Assembly (NCBI GenBank): GCA_903896545.1
Contig: CAITYF010000151.1
Span: forward strand, 42,272-106,271
DNA length: 64,000 bases
Direction: 5' to 3'
Source: an uncultured Myxococcales bacterium
Lineage (GTDB): Bacteria > Myxococcota_A > UBA9042
Within the stretch, counting starts at the first letter, position 1. Each line of letters opens with the position of its first letter. This document shows positions 48,224-58,426 of this stretch, one piece after another. Made by a program: the position numbers and the translations under genes. The notes below the pieces were generated by a model. The model was given only the letters and a program-made list of their open reading frames with translations, did not search any database and was not told the origin of the DNA.

Positions 48224-49735
48224 GTGCAAATTCGCATCACCAACAGCCTGACCCGTCAAAAAGAGCCGCTCCGGACGCTCCATCCCGGCAAGCTGGGCCT
48301 CTACGTCTGCGGCGTGACCGTTTACGACTTCAGCCACGTGGGCCACGCCCGCGTCTACATCGTGTTCGACGTGGTGCAACGCACCGCGCGGCGCATGGGT
48401 CTGGACGTCAAATACGTGCGTAATTTCACAGATGTTGATGACAAGATCATCAACCGCGCGAACCAGAACGGCGAGACGACGGAAACGTTGACGAACCGCA
48501 TGATCGCCGCGTTCCACGAGGACATGGACAAGTTGGATTGCGAACGGCCGCAGATCGAGCCGCGCGTGACGACGCACATGACCGAAATTGTGGAGATGAT
48601 TGAGCAGATCATCCAGCGCGGACATGCGTACGTGGTGCCCGGTGAAACGCAGGCGGACGGCACGATCGCGCAGGACGTGTACTTCGACGTGAAGACGTTC
48701 CCACCGTACGGCGCGCTGTCGGGTCGCAGTCAGGACGACAACGCGGACGGGGCGAGCGAGCGCGTGCAACACGATGTACGCAAACGCAGTCAGGCGGATT
48801 TTGCCCTGTGGAAGTCGGCCAAGCCGGGTGAACCGGTCTGGAATTCGCCATGGGGGAACGGCCGTCCCGGCTGGCATATCGAATGCTCCGCGATGGCGTG
48901 CAAACACCTGGGCGAGACGTTTGACGTGCACTGCGGCGGTAAGGACCTCGTCTTTCCGCACCACGAGAACGAGATCGCGCAGGCGCGCGCCGCCAATGGC
49001 GCAGAGTTCGCCCAGCAGTGGATGCACAACGGCTTTGTGACGATCGACTCGGAGAAGATGTCCAAGTCCTTGGGCAATTTCTTTACGATCCGTGATGTTC
49101 TGGCGCGCTTCCACCCGCAAGTCCTGCGGTACTTCCTGCTGACGGCGCACTACACGCACCCGCTGAATTTCAGCGATCGCTCGTTGGAAGAAGCGCAGAA
49201 GCGCGTGCTGTCGATCTACGAGAAGCTCGCCGCTGCGGAAACGCTGCTGGCAGCGAAAGGCATGTTGGCAGGCGGGCAGATCGATGAGCCCGTGCTGGAC
49301 GTCGTGTCCAAGGCGCGCGACGAACTGCAAGAAGCGCTGTGCGACGACTTCAACACGCCGCGCGCGTTGGCGGCGTTGTCGGAACCGATCGCGGCGCTGT
49401 CGCTGGCACTGGACAAACCCAAGGCAGCGGGCGCGATCGACGTGATCGCCCAAGTACGCGCGTTCCTGCATGAAGCGTCGGGTTGGCTGGGCTTGTTTCA
49501 GCATCCGCCCGCGGCGACGGCCGAGGCGATCGTCGCGCAGGCGCGCGATCGGCTGTTTCCGGTGGGCAGTGAAGCACTGGCGAGCGTCGAGCGCTTGCTC
49601 GCCGAACGTCAGGAGGCGCGCGCCGCCAAGGATTGGAAACGCGCCGATGAAGTGCGCGAGGCGCTGACTCAGGCAGGCGCGGAAGTGCGCGACGGACCGC
49701 AAGGCACCGTGTGGCGTCCGCGGCTGACGGACTGA
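48224..49735 (+). CDS. cysS: Cysteinyl-tRNA synthetase
   Basis: LYVCGVTVYDFSHVGHAR (HIGH motif), KMSKS, and zinc ligands CG..C. The N-terminal ITNSLTRQKEPL start is typical of CysS. Confidence 0.9.
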   Translation: MQIRITNSLTRQKEPLRTLHPGKLGLYVCGVTVYDFSHVGHARVYIVFDVVQRTARRMGLDVKYVRNFTDVDDKIINRANQNGETTETLTNRMIAAFHEDMDKLDCERPQIEPRVTTHMTEIVEMIEQIIQRGHAYVVPGETQADGTIAQDVYFDVKTFPPYGALSGRSQDDNADGASERVQHDVRKRSQADFALWKSAKPGEPVWNSPWGNGRPGWHIECSAMACKHLGETFDVHCGGKDLVFPHHENEIAQARAANGAEFAQQWMHNGFVTIDSEKMSKSLGNFFTIRDVLARFHPQVLRYFLLTAHYTHPLNFSDRSLEEAQKRVLSIYEKLAAAETLLAAKGMLAGGQIDEPVLDVVSKARDELQEALCDDFNTPRALAALSEPIAALSLALDKPKAAGAIDVIAQVRAFLHEASGWLGLFQHPPAATAEAIVAQARDRLFPVGSEALASVERLLAERQEARAAKDWKRADEVREALTQAGAEVRDGPQGTVWRPRLTD

Positions 49736-49812
49736 CCAAGAAAAAACAGATTAGACGCCGCGATAACACGCGCGTAAGATGTGCGCCGCCGCGCGCCGGT
49801 AGGGAGAGACTG

Positions 49813-50034
49813 ATGGATCCAGATTTCATTCGCGAATTCAGTGTGTTGGCTGGCTTCGCCGCCCTCTACATCGCGGGCTCGATTTTTTTGCTGAAGGGCC
49901 ACAAGACCGACCTGTCGGACGTCGCCAACTCGGGCACGTTGTCGTCAGCGACGGGCACGCCCACGCCGCAGCGCCTGAATCGCCGCCGCAAAGCCATCGC
50001 GCGCGAGCAGGCCGCGAAGTCCGTCGTCGAGTAG
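49813..50034 (+). CDS. Possible small membrane protein (73 aa)
   Basis: GGGAGAG ribosome-binding site 6 nt before ATG 49813. One hydrophobic helix FSVLAGFAALYIAGSIFLL. No recognised family, so this is weak. Confidence 0.3.
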   Translation: MDPDFIREFSVLAGFAALYIAGSIFLLKGHKTDLSDVANSGTLSSATGTPTPQRLNRRRKAIAREQAAKSVVE

Positions 50035-50209
50035 GTTTCCGCGTCACCGTGTGCAGCACACGCAGATCGGTGCGGAATAGCCGCGACTGAACCGGTGCTT
50101 TGTCCGGCGTGCCGTGCTGGCGGCACTCCCGCGACCCGCGGTGTCACGCGCAGAAGCAGAATCGCGTTCCAAACGAGCAGGAAGTCATTTTCCGTCAGGG
50201 AGTTCTGAG

Positions 50210-52078
50210 ATGACCGCAAGCGCCACCTCTGCGAAGCCACGTGAAGTTCGTGAGTCCGTCATCATCCGTTTTGCCGGTGACTCCGGCGACGGCATCCAGT
50301 TGACCGGCAACCAGTTTTCCGCCGCCTCCGCGCTGGCGGGCAACGACACCGCCACGTTTCCCGACTACCCCGCGGAAATTCGCGCGCCGACGGGTACGCT
50401 CTTCGGCGTTTCCGGCTTTCAGCTCCACTTTGCCAGTCGCGACATCCTGACACCCGGCGATCGCGCCGACGTGTTGGTCGTGATGAGTCCGGCGGCGCTG
50501 GCAGTGAACCGCAAGTGGCTGAAGCCAAACGGCATCCTGATCGCCAACGCCGACTCGTTTCAGGCCAAGAACCTGAAGATGGCGGGCTACACTGAGAACC
50601 CGCTGGAGGACGGCTCGCTGGCCGATTTTCAGCTGTTTCAGCTCGACCTGAGCCGCCTGACGAACGACGCGCTGCAGGGCTACGGCTTGTCGGCCAAGGA
50701 GGTGGAGCGCTGCAAGAACTACTTCGCACTCGGACTGGTGTTTTGGCTGTTTGAGCGCGACGGCGGGCTGGTCGAAGACGAGATTCGCCGCAAATTTGCC
50801 ACGAAGCAGCTGCTGCTCGACGCGAACCTGAAGGTGTTCCACGCAGGCTGGGATTACGGCGAGAATACCGAGCTTTTTGCCTTGCGCTACTCGGTTCCGT
50901 CGGCCAAGGACATCGCACCGGGCACGTACCGCAGCATCGCGGGCAATGAAGCCGTGGCGCTGGGGCTGGTCGCGGCATCGCACCGTGCCGGGTTGGACCT
51001 TTTCTACGGCAGCTACCCGATCACGCCGGCAACGGACATCTTGCACACGTTCGCGGGCTTGAAAGAGTTCGGCGTCCGCACGTTTCAAGCGGAAGACGAG
51101 ATCGCGGCGATCTGCGCGACGATCGGCGCGGCGTACGGCAACCAGCTGGCGGTCACGGGCACGTCCGGTCCGGGCATCGCGTTGAAGTCGGAGGCGATGG
51201 GTCTGGCGGTGATGACGGAACTGCCGCTGGTGATTGTGAACGTGCAACGCGGCGGCCCTTCGACGGGTCTGCCGACCAAGACGGAACAGGCGGATCTGCT
51301 GCAGGTGCTCTATGGCCGCAACGGTGAATCGCCGATGCCGGTTCTGGCCGCCCGCAGTGCGGGGGACGCGTTTGAGTCGGCTTTTGAAGCGGCGCGCATC
51401 GCGGTCAAGTACCGCGTGCCGGTTGTGCTGCTCACTGACGGCGCTATCGCCAACGGCGCCGAGCCTTGGAAGATCCCGGACGTGGACAGCCTGCCGATCA
51501 TCGAACCGAACTTGCTCGATGACGCGGCCAAATTGAACGGCGAGCCGCTGCTGCCCTACCTGCGTGATCCGGAGACGCTGGCGCGGCCGTGGATCAAGCT
51601 CGGTACGCCGGGCCTCGAGCACCGCATCGGCGGTCTGGAGAAGTGGGACAAGACCGGTCACATCGCCTACGACCCGCAGAATCACCACAACATGGTGAAA
51701 GTCCGGCAGGCGAAAGTCGACGGCATCGCTGCGGAAATCCCGCCATCGCACGTGGAAGGTCCAGAAACGGGCGACGTGCTGGTGGTGACCTGGGGCTCGC
51801 CGTATGGCGCGGCGCTGACGGCGGTGCGCGAGCTTCAGGCGCAGGGCCTCTCAGTCGCGCATACGAACCTGCGGTGGCTGAATCCGTTGCCGCCGGATCT
51901 GCACAGGATCCTGCAAAAGTACCGCGTGGTGCTGGTGCCGGAGATCAACAATGGTCAGTTGGTGAAGGTGCTGCGTGCGGCGTACGCGCTCGACATCCAG
52001 CAGTATAACCGGATTTCAGGACTGCCGCTGAGCGTCGCCGAGCTGCGCGACGCGATCGTGAACGTCCTTCCGCACTAG
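50210..52078 (+). CDS. korA: 2-oxoglutarate/2-oxoacid:ferredoxin oxidoreductase alpha subunit (fused gamma-alpha domains)
   Basis: N-terminal gamma-like domain (IIRFAGDSGDGIQLTG) followed by an alpha domain. This is the KorA-type architecture. Start at M33. Confidence 0.85.
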   Translation: MTASATSAKPREVRESVIIRFAGDSGDGIQLTGNQFSAASALAGNDTATFPDYPAEIRAPTGTLFGVSGFQLHFASRDILTPGDRADVLVVMSPAALAVNRKWLKPNGILIANADSFQAKNLKMAGYTENPLEDGSLADFQLFQLDLSRLTNDALQGYGLSAKEVERCKNYFALGLVFWLFERDGGLVEDEIRRKFATKQLLLDANLKVFHAGWDYGENTELFALRYSVPSAKDIAPGTYRSIAGNEAVALGLVAASHRAGLDLFYGSYPITPATDILHTFAGLKEFGVRTFQAEDEIAAICATIGAAYGNQLAVTGTSGPGIALKSEAMGLAVMTELPLVIVNVQRGGPSTGLPTKTEQADLLQVLYGRNGESPMPVLAARSAGDAFESAFEAARIAVKYRVPVVLLTDGAIANGAEPWKIPDVDSLPIIEPNLLDDAAKLNGEPLLPYLRDPETLARPWIKLGTPGLEHRIGGLEKWDKTGHIAYDPQNHHNMVKVRQAKVDGIAAEIPPSHVEGPETGDVLVVTWGSPYGAALTAVRELQAQGLSVAHTNLRWLNPLPPDLHRILQKYRVVLVPEINNGQLVKVLRAAYALDIQQYNRISGLPLSVAELRDAIVNVLPH

Positions 52079-52107
52079 CATCCACTACCTGATGAGGAGC
52101 GGTCGCC

Positions 52108-53127
52108 ATGACTCTCGCCACTGAAAATCTGCTCAAGCCCAAGGACTTCGCCACCGATCAGGACCCACGCTGGTGCCCTGGCTGCGGCGACTACGCGATC
52201 CTCAACTCGGTGCAGCGCGCACTGGCCAAGCAGGGCATTGCGCCGCACAAGATCGCCACCATCGCCGGCATCGGCTGTTCGTCCCGGTTTCCGTATTACA
52301 TGGCGACCTACGGCTTTCACACGATTCATGGGCGCGCACCCGCGGTCGCGACGGGCCTGAAAGTCGCGCGCCCGGACCTGCAGGTCTGGGTCGCAACCGG
52401 TGACGGCGACGCGCTCTCGATTGGCGGCAACCACTTCATTCACGCCGTGCGTCGCAACGTCGACGTGAAGGTGCTGCTGTTCAACAACCGCATTTACGGC
52501 TTGACCAAGGGCCAGTACTCGCCGACGTCAGAACTAGGCAAAAAGACCAAGTCATCGCCGCAGGGCACGGTCGACAACCCGTTTCTGCCGATGTCCCTGG
52601 CGATCGGCGCCGAAGCGAGCTTTATGGGTCGGTCGATTGACGTCGACGGAAAGACGCTGGGCGACGTGTTGGGCGCGGCCGCGGCGCACAAAGGCACGGC
52701 GTTCGTGGAGATCATGCAGAACTGCAACATCTTCAACGACGGCGCCTGGGACCACCTGTCGAGCAAGGAATTCCGCGCCGACATGACGATTCTGCTCGAA
52801 CACGACAAGCCGATGATCTTTGGTGCGAACCGCGACAAGGGCATTCGCCTGAACGGCCTGCGTCCGGAAGTCGTGACGATCGGCGAGAACGGCGTGACGG
52901 AAAGCGATCTCTGGGTGCACGACGCGCACGATGAAGATCCGACCCGCGCGTTCTTGCTGTCGCGCATGGAATACCCCGCGTTTCCCGTGCCGGTCGGCGT
53001 GATTCGCGCGGTGCAGCGCCCGGTGTACGACGCGCTGGTCAACGCGCAGATTGTCGAGCAGCAGGCCGTGAAGAAGGCCAACCTGCAGAGTTTGTTGAAC
53101 GGTCGCAGCACGTGGACCGTCGCCTAA
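52108..53127 (+). CDS. korB: 2-oxoglutarate/2-oxoacid:ferredoxin oxidoreductase beta subunit (TPP-binding)
   Basis: WCPGCGDY N-terminal Cys pair, GDGD TPP-binding motif (VATGDGDALSIGGNHF). Confidence 0.85.
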   Translation: MTLATENLLKPKDFATDQDPRWCPGCGDYAILNSVQRALAKQGIAPHKIATIAGIGCSSRFPYYMATYGFHTIHGRAPAVATGLKVARPDLQVWVATGDGDALSIGGNHFIHAVRRNVDVKVLLFNNRIYGLTKGQYSPTSELGKKTKSSPQGTVDNPFLPMSLAIGAEASFMGRSIDVDGKTLGDVLGAAAAHKGTAFVEIMQNCNIFNDGAWDHLSSKEFRADMTILLEHDKPMIFGANRDKGIRLNGLRPEVVTIGENGVTESDLWVHDAHDEDPTRAFLLSRMEYPAFPVPVGVIRAVQRPVYDALVNAQIVEQQAVKKANLQSLLNGRSTWTVA

Positions 53128-53274
53128 CGGCAAGCACAGCGGAATGTGACACTCGGCTGACACGTTGAGCGTCATGCGCGCACAGAAACGACGCTGCGCC
53201 GCCACAAAGGACTAGCGCGGATTCAATGACGGGCTATGCTGAGACCATGGCGCAAGACCATCCAGGAGGTAAGA

Positions 53275-53625
53275 ATGGAACTCACAGTCGCTACCAAGTT
53301 GGGCTCGGAAGGTAACATCGTCACGGTGGATGGTTCGATTCAAGAGCACCTCGGCAAGAAGCTGGAGAAATTGGAAGTGCGTTGGGGCAAGCCGGTGACG
53401 GCACGCGCGGCGCTGGAAGAAGTCGCCGTGGGTTACGATTGCACGCTGACGATCACGCTGCACGGAACGCCGGAACTCATCTCACACGGCCATGCGGAAA
53501 CGCTGGTAAAAGCGGTAGACACGGCCGTTGAGCGCGTGACCCGCCAGTTTGAAGCCGAAGCCGACAAGCGGACTGGGCGCGAACGTCAGCGCAAGAACGG
53601 CGCGACCAAGCCAGTCATCAGCTAA
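53275..53625 (+). CDS. Putative ribosome hibernation factor / RaiA-YfiA-family protein (short form)
   Basis: Beta-alpha-beta-beta-beta-alpha pattern, with LEKLEVRW and TLTITLHGTPELISHGHAETLVKAVDTAVERVTRQFE resembling HPF. GGAGG ribosome-binding site before ATG 53275. The similarity is judged by eye only. Confidence 0.45.
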   Translation: MELTVATKLGSEGNIVTVDGSIQEHLGKKLEKLEVRWGKPVTARAALEEVAVGYDCTLTITLHGTPELISHGHAETLVKAVDTAVERVTRQFEAEADKRTGRERQRKNGATKPVIS

Positions 53626-53720
53626 GCGATACCTGACAAAAAACCTGGCTGACTGAACTGGCGCGGCCTCCGCGACTCGCATAGCATGGGCGCGTCGCGT
53701 GTGCGCGATGTGGTGACGCC

Positions 53721-55373
53721 ATGCTCAGGTTTGCCCCGATTGTCGGCCTCCTCCTTTTGCTCGCGCAATCCGCGTGCACGAGCTGGGACGAAGGCGTCAA
53801 CGGCAACATCGCAGTCTCCAACGATCCGCGCCAGGTAGCCGACGTCGATCACACCGGCTTGGTCTGGTGGGAAACTCAGGGCTCAACAGGCGCCGACGCG
53901 GGGAACGCCGCAGACACCGTGGACGACGCCGGCGGGTTGGAAGACGTGACGCCGGGCAGCGACGACGTGCTCGCGGTCGAGATCCTCGGTGAAGACTCGG
54001 CCGCCACGGATGCCGAAACGCCTGACGCAAGCGAAGAAGTCGCGCAAAGCGACGCGTTGATTGCGCCCGACGGGCTTCTCGACATCGCCATTCAGGACGT
54101 CGCGGATGCTTGCGCCGGCACCAACCGCCCCATCGGCTGCGCGTGCGAAAACAGCCAATCATGCGCGAGCGGCTTGTGCGTCTACGGAGCGACCGGCTTG
54201 GTGTGCAGCCCAACGTGCAAGAACGTCGTCTGTCCCGCGGGCTGGGCGTGCAGCATGCCTGCGTTGGTGTGCAAGTTGCTGCCAGACAGCGTGAGTTCCG
54301 ACGTGAGTGCAGACGATGCCGGCGCTCTGGACACCGTAGCAGATGGGCAAGCTGTCGATGCCGCGACCGATGCGGTAGTCAGCGACGTCGATCAGCCCGA
54401 TAGTGGCACCGAAGACGCGGGCGTGGGCGACGTGTCGCTGCAGGACGCACCGGATCCGGATGTGGGCGTTGTCGACGCGACTGATTTGGATGCCCAACTA
54501 GACGCAGACGCCGTAACGGATCAAGCGGACGTACAGATTCCCGACGGGCAGCTCGTGGACACGTTTGCGACGGACGCGACAAGCGACAGCGCCGCGGACG
54601 TCGACACGGACGGCTTGACTGGGCTCGACTGGGTGGGCTACCCCGACGCCAGCTTCCCCGACGACGCGGATATCTACGGCGGCGCCATCAACAGCTGCCT
54701 CTCGCTCTACCTGTACCAACAGGAAACCTGCGGCAAGAACAACCCCACCGCTGCGTGCATCGACGACGTGGCGGGCCAAGGTTCGCTGTACGCCAATTAT
54801 CTGTTTGAACCCGTGCGCGCGTGCCAAAACGCGCTCTGCGTGGACCTGTGCGCGACCGCGACCGATGAAACGTGCATGAACCAGTGCATCGGCAAGAACT
54901 GCCCGAACCAATTCCTCTCGTGCGTTTCCAACGACCAGCACGGGGCAGCGGACTGCAAAGCGACGTTCAGTTGCTCGATGGGCTACCCCGGCAAGTTGCT
55001 GACCATCGGCGCAAAGTGCTACGCCAACGGCACGCTGGACGCGCAGTTGCAGGTCGGCGGACTGATTTCCTGCGAGACCAAGCCGAACACGGACAGCTGC
55101 TTCCAGGCGATCGGCGACTGCTACGATCAGGGCGCAGCGGCGACCAACTCGTGCGCACAGACCATCACCTGCACGCAGAACTGCGCGGGCGCGCAGGACT
55201 GTGTGTGGACGTGCTTGGGCTCCGCTTCACCCGCGGGACGCCAAGCGATCGACGCTTTGGGCGATTGCATGGTCACCATCTGCAATCCGAAGTGCAACGG
55301 CGACAAGACGTGCTCTGACGCTTGTTTGGGCACGGACTGCGCGACGCAGTTCGGCGCGTGCATGGCGAATTAA
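53721..55373 (+). CDS. Secreted acidic lipoprotein with a C-terminal Cys-rich (about 40 Cys) domain
   Basis: Signal peptide plus lipobox (LLLLAQSAC). Asp/Ala/Val-rich acidic repeats (DVSADDAGALDTVADGQAVDAATDAVVSDVD). The C-terminal 200 aa is packed with paired cysteines. Confidence 0.6.
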   Translation: MLRFAPIVGLLLLLAQSACTSWDEGVNGNIAVSNDPRQVADVDHTGLVWWETQGSTGADAGNAADTVDDAGGLEDVTPGSDDVLAVEILGEDSAATDAETPDASEEVAQSDALIAPDGLLDIAIQDVADACAGTNRPIGCACENSQSCASGLCVYGATGLVCSPTCKNVVCPAGWACSMPALVCKLLPDSVSSDVSADDAGALDTVADGQAVDAATDAVVSDVDQPDSGTEDAGVGDVSLQDAPDPDVGVVDATDLDAQLDADAVTDQADVQIPDGQLVDTFATDATSDSAADVDTDGLTGLDWVGYPDASFPDDADIYGGAINSCLSLYLYQQETCGKNNPTAACIDDVAGQGSLYANYLFEPVRACQNALCVDLCATATDETCMNQCIGKNCPNQFLSCVSNDQHGAADCKATFSCSMGYPGKLLTIGAKCYANGTLDAQLQVGGLISCETKPNTDSCFQAIGDCYDQGAAATNSCAQTITCTQNCAGAQDCVWTCLGSASPAGRQAIDALGDCMVTICNPKCNGDKTCSDACLGTDCATQFGACMAN

Positions 55374-55499
55374 ACATGCCTGCCAAGACTGGAGATCAAA
55401 TGCTGAACACCGGGTGGGCATGTTTAGGCTGCTAGCTGGGTCGCCAAGCTCGCGTCCCTGTGGGCCGACTCGCGGCGACACAAGATATTTGGCTCCGAG

Positions 55500-55763
55500 T
55501 CAATGCGGGGATGTATAGCGCGCTCGGACCCGCAGAATCTCACGCCAGATCCGCTCGACATCTGCCGGATCCAGCCCCAGCGTCTTGCCACGCGCCTTCA
55601 GCCGCAGCATGACTTCCGCTTCCCGCGCCACGTCCAAGCGTTCCTGACCCGCAGCCTGCTTGAGCGCCCACGCGACGCGCACGCGATGCCCCCGCTCCGC
55701 GAGCAGTTCGAGCAGGCGGTTGTCCGTCTCGTCGATTTCCTGGCGCAGTTCGTCAAGCGTCAC
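55500..55763 (-). CDS. Stand-alone AroQ-class chorismate mutase (87 aa)
   Basis: LDELRQEIDETDNRLLELLAERGHRVRVAWALK...DPADVERIWREIL is the AroQ helical-bundle signature. ATGA overlap with the upstream U32 gene. Confidence 0.7.
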   Translation of the reverse strand: MTLDELRQEIDETDNRLLELLAERGHRVRVAWALKQAAGQERLDVAREAEVMLRLKARGKTLGLDPADVERIWREILRVRARYTSPH

Positions 55764-58342
55764 GGCTGGCCTCCCAAGGTCCGCATCGTACCGGACGTGA
55801 CGCCAAATTGCTCGTGGACCTCAATTTGCCTGAGCAAATCGGCCGGCGTCAAGGTGCCCGCCAGGAGTGCGCTCCACGCTTGCAGCACCTGCCGCGCCTC
55901 ATCCGTGGACTCCCGCACGAACTCGACGCGGAAGCGTTTGACGCCACGCGCCAGCAAGGTCGGCACGACGTTCGCCGCGCTCTGCGCCTGCGCGTTGAAG
56001 ACCGTGTTGCGGCAGCCCACATCGACGATCACCGGATGCTGCTGTCCCACGTGGTCGCGCAGGCTCACCGCGTGCTGCTCGCACGGCCGCCCGCACGTGC
56101 GGAAATCCTGCCCCTGGCTCAGGACGTGGGCGTAGACACAATGCTCGGTGTGGAACGTCGGAATGTGGTGATGCACCGTCACGGTCAGGCGCTCCGCCGG
56201 CACGCGGGTCAGGAGTGCCAGCAGTTGAGTCTCGTCCAGATCGTGCGCCGCGGTCAGCGTGTCCGCGCCCAGCGCGAGCAAGTGGTGCGCGGTCAGCGAG
56301 TTGGTCACGTTCAGGGAGAAATCGCCGTGTACTGCGGGACGATCCGCGTGGGGGAGCTGGGCAAACTGCATCAGGCCGCCCCAGTGACGAACCAGCACGC
56401 CGTCGGGCTTGAGCCGCGCGATGCGCCGATCGTAGCCGTCTTCGCCCGGCTTTTGGACGCGAACTGTGGCGATGGTGACGCGGAGCCCGGCCGCGCGCGC
56501 CTTGTCGACGGCACGCGTCAGCCCGACCAATTCCATCCAGTCCAGCTCCACTTCGGGCAGGCCGGCGGCCAGCACTGCGTCCAACTGTGCGTCATTGCGG
56601 CAGAGCGGGATCAACTGCGGCGTGGTCGGCGGCTGCCACGGCGTCATCTGCCGCCGCGCGACGGCTGCCTCCAGCAGCGCGAGCGCTTGCGGCGCGGGAT
56701 TCACCGCGTGGCGGTGTCGCGCTTCTACCGCAGTCGTCATCTGCTCCACGAGCTGGCGACGCAGCGCCTTCAACGCCGACACCGGCACGTGCAGCCCCGG
56801 TTCCAGATTCGCCAGATCGATCGCGCCCAGTCGGAACGGCGTCCCACCTAACGCCGCGAGCTTGTCGCGCAGCAAGGTGGCATCCAGACCGCCCGCTGAC
56901 GCCGCCTGCAACGGCACCTCGGTGTGGCCAACCACGGTCGCTTGCAGGCCGATCGGTCCCAAGGCCGTCCAGCGAACCGTCAGCGCCGCACCCGCCTGCC
57001 CGGCAACGACGAAATCGAGAGGAATCCGCCCAGTCGGCGCTTGGCGGACGACGTCAGCAGTTTCGCCCGCTAGCTTCGGATCGCCCGTGAGCCACACGCG
57101 GTCGCCCACCTGCACGCGCGCCAAGTCCGGACCCGGCTGGCCAAAACGCAGCAACCATCCATCGGTCGTTGAATCGACGCCGAAAAGCGGCCCACCGGGC
57201 TCATCGGACTCCGGCTTGCCGCGCTCAAATCCAACGCCCATCCCAGCGCGCGGCGCCAAGTCCGGCATCGTTGGCGTCGAAGGCTGCGCCGTCGATTCGA
57301 GGCCAAGCGCAATACCGCCGGTCGCCTGTCGCAACTCCGCACGCACCTGCACGGTGTTGCGCGAAACGCCGGTCACCGCACCCAGCAACAGGCCTCGATG
57401 CTTGGGAAAACGCCCTTCGACCAGCGTTTGATGGTCCGTCCCGCCCAGAAAGCCCTGAGAAAAGCCGCGGCTGTAGGATAGAGCCATCTGCGTCGCGGCT
57501 TCCTCGATACGCGTCACCGTCGGTCGGCCAGCGACGCCGTCCAAACGCTGTCGGTAGGCTTTGACCGCGGTCGCCACGTACTGTGCGTTCTTCTGCCGAC
57601 CTTCGATCTTCAGGCCGTGTACGCCGATCTCCGCCAGCTCAGGCACCGCATCCAAACCAGCCAGATCCAAAGGGCTCAACAGATACGCGACGTCACCCAG
57701 CGGCCGCAGGGTGTCATCCACAACCAGGTCGTACGGCATGCGGCATGACTGCGCGCACTGCCCACGGTTGGCCGAACGCCCACCCCAGGCTTCAGACGTC
57801 AGACACTGCCCAGACCACGACATGCAGAGCGCGCCGTGGATGAACACTTCCAATTCCAGCGGCGTACCGGCGGCGAATTGACGGATCTCTGAGACGGAAA
57901 GCTCGCGCGGCACAACGACGCGGGAGCAGCCCAGACTTGCAGCAAAGGTCGCCGCTTCTGCCGAGCTGATCGTCATCTGCGTCGACGCATGCAGTTCTAA
58001 CGACGGCGCCAGCGCGCGGGCGAGCATCGCAACTGCGGGATCCTGCACGATCAACGCGTCCACGCCAGCGTCGGCAACCGTGCGCAGAATCGTCTCGACC
58101 GCGGGCAACTCGGACTCAAAGATCAGCGTGTTGAGCGTCAGGTAGGCGCGCGCACCCGCAGCGTGAATCGTCGCGACCGTCTGCGCCAGCGTTTCCAGCG
58201 AGAAATTAGCCGTTCGCGCGCGGGCGTTAAAACCGGTGTCGAGACCAAAATAGACCGCGTCTGCACCAGCGGCGAGCGCCGCACGCAAGGCTTCAGCGTC
58301 ACCGGCGGGTGCCAGCAGTTCGGGTAGAGGGCCTGACGGCAT
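55760..58342 (-). CDS. Tandem-duplicated peptidase-U32-family protein (UbiU/UbiV/RlhA/TrhP-like Fe-S enzyme, fused double module)
   Basis: Two U32 cores, each with a 4-Cys cluster: ALCMSWSGQCLTSEAWGGRSANRGQCAQSC and HCVYAHVLSQGQDFRTCGRPCEQHAVSLRDHVGQQHPVIVDVGC. N-terminal LLAPAGDAEALRAALAAGADAVYFGL is the U32 start. Start at M25. Confidence 0.8.
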   Translation of the reverse strand: MPSGPLPELLAPAGDAEALRAALAAGADAVYFGLDTGFNARARTANFSLETLAQTVATIHAAGARAYLTLNTLIFESELPAVETILRTVADAGVDALIVQDPAVAMLARALAPSLELHASTQMTISSAEAATFAASLGCSRVVVPRELSVSEIRQFAAGTPLELEVFIHGALCMSWSGQCLTSEAWGGRSANRGQCAQSCRMPYDLVVDDTLRPLGDVAYLLSPLDLAGLDAVPELAEIGVHGLKIEGRQKNAQYVATAVKAYRQRLDGVAGRPTVTRIEEAATQMALSYSRGFSQGFLGGTDHQTLVEGRFPKHRGLLLGAVTGVSRNTVQVRAELRQATGGIALGLESTAQPSTPTMPDLAPRAGMGVGFERGKPESDEPGGPLFGVDSTTDGWLLRFGQPGPDLARVQVGDRVWLTGDPKLAGETADVVRQAPTGRIPLDFVVAGQAGAALTVRWTALGPIGLQATVVGHTEVPLQAASAGGLDATLLRDKLAALGGTPFRLGAIDLANLEPGLHVPVSALKALRRQLVEQMTTAVEARHRHAVNPAPQALALLEAAVARRQMTPWQPPTTPQLIPLCRNDAQLDAVLAAGLPEVELDWMELVGLTRAVDKARAAGLRVTIATVRVQKPGEDGYDRRIARLKPDGVLVRHWGGLMQFAQLPHADRPAVHGDFSLNVTNSLTAHHLLALGADTLTAAHDLDETQLLALLTRVPAERLTVTVHHHIPTFHTEHCVYAHVLSQGQDFRTCGRPCEQHAVSLRDHVGQQHPVIVDVGCRNTVFNAQAQSAANVVPTLLARGVKRFRVEFVRESTDEARQVLQAWSALLAGTLTPADLLRQIEVHEQFGVTSGTMRTLGGQP

Positions 58343-58426
58343 CAGCGATTTCCGTTGCAAAGGGGGCAGAGACGCCCGCAGAACCGCAAGTCGCGGCGCA
58401 GGCGAGTCAGTCAAGGGCGAATCAAA

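Noticed and set aside
50195-51751. 518-aa minus-strand ORF
   Set aside because: Antisense to korA. A typical high-GC shadow ORF.
55372-55425. Terminator after the Cys-rich lipoprotein gene
   Set aside because: A 9-bp inverted repeat exists, but the loop is 36 nt and there is no clear U-tract. Not called as a terminator.
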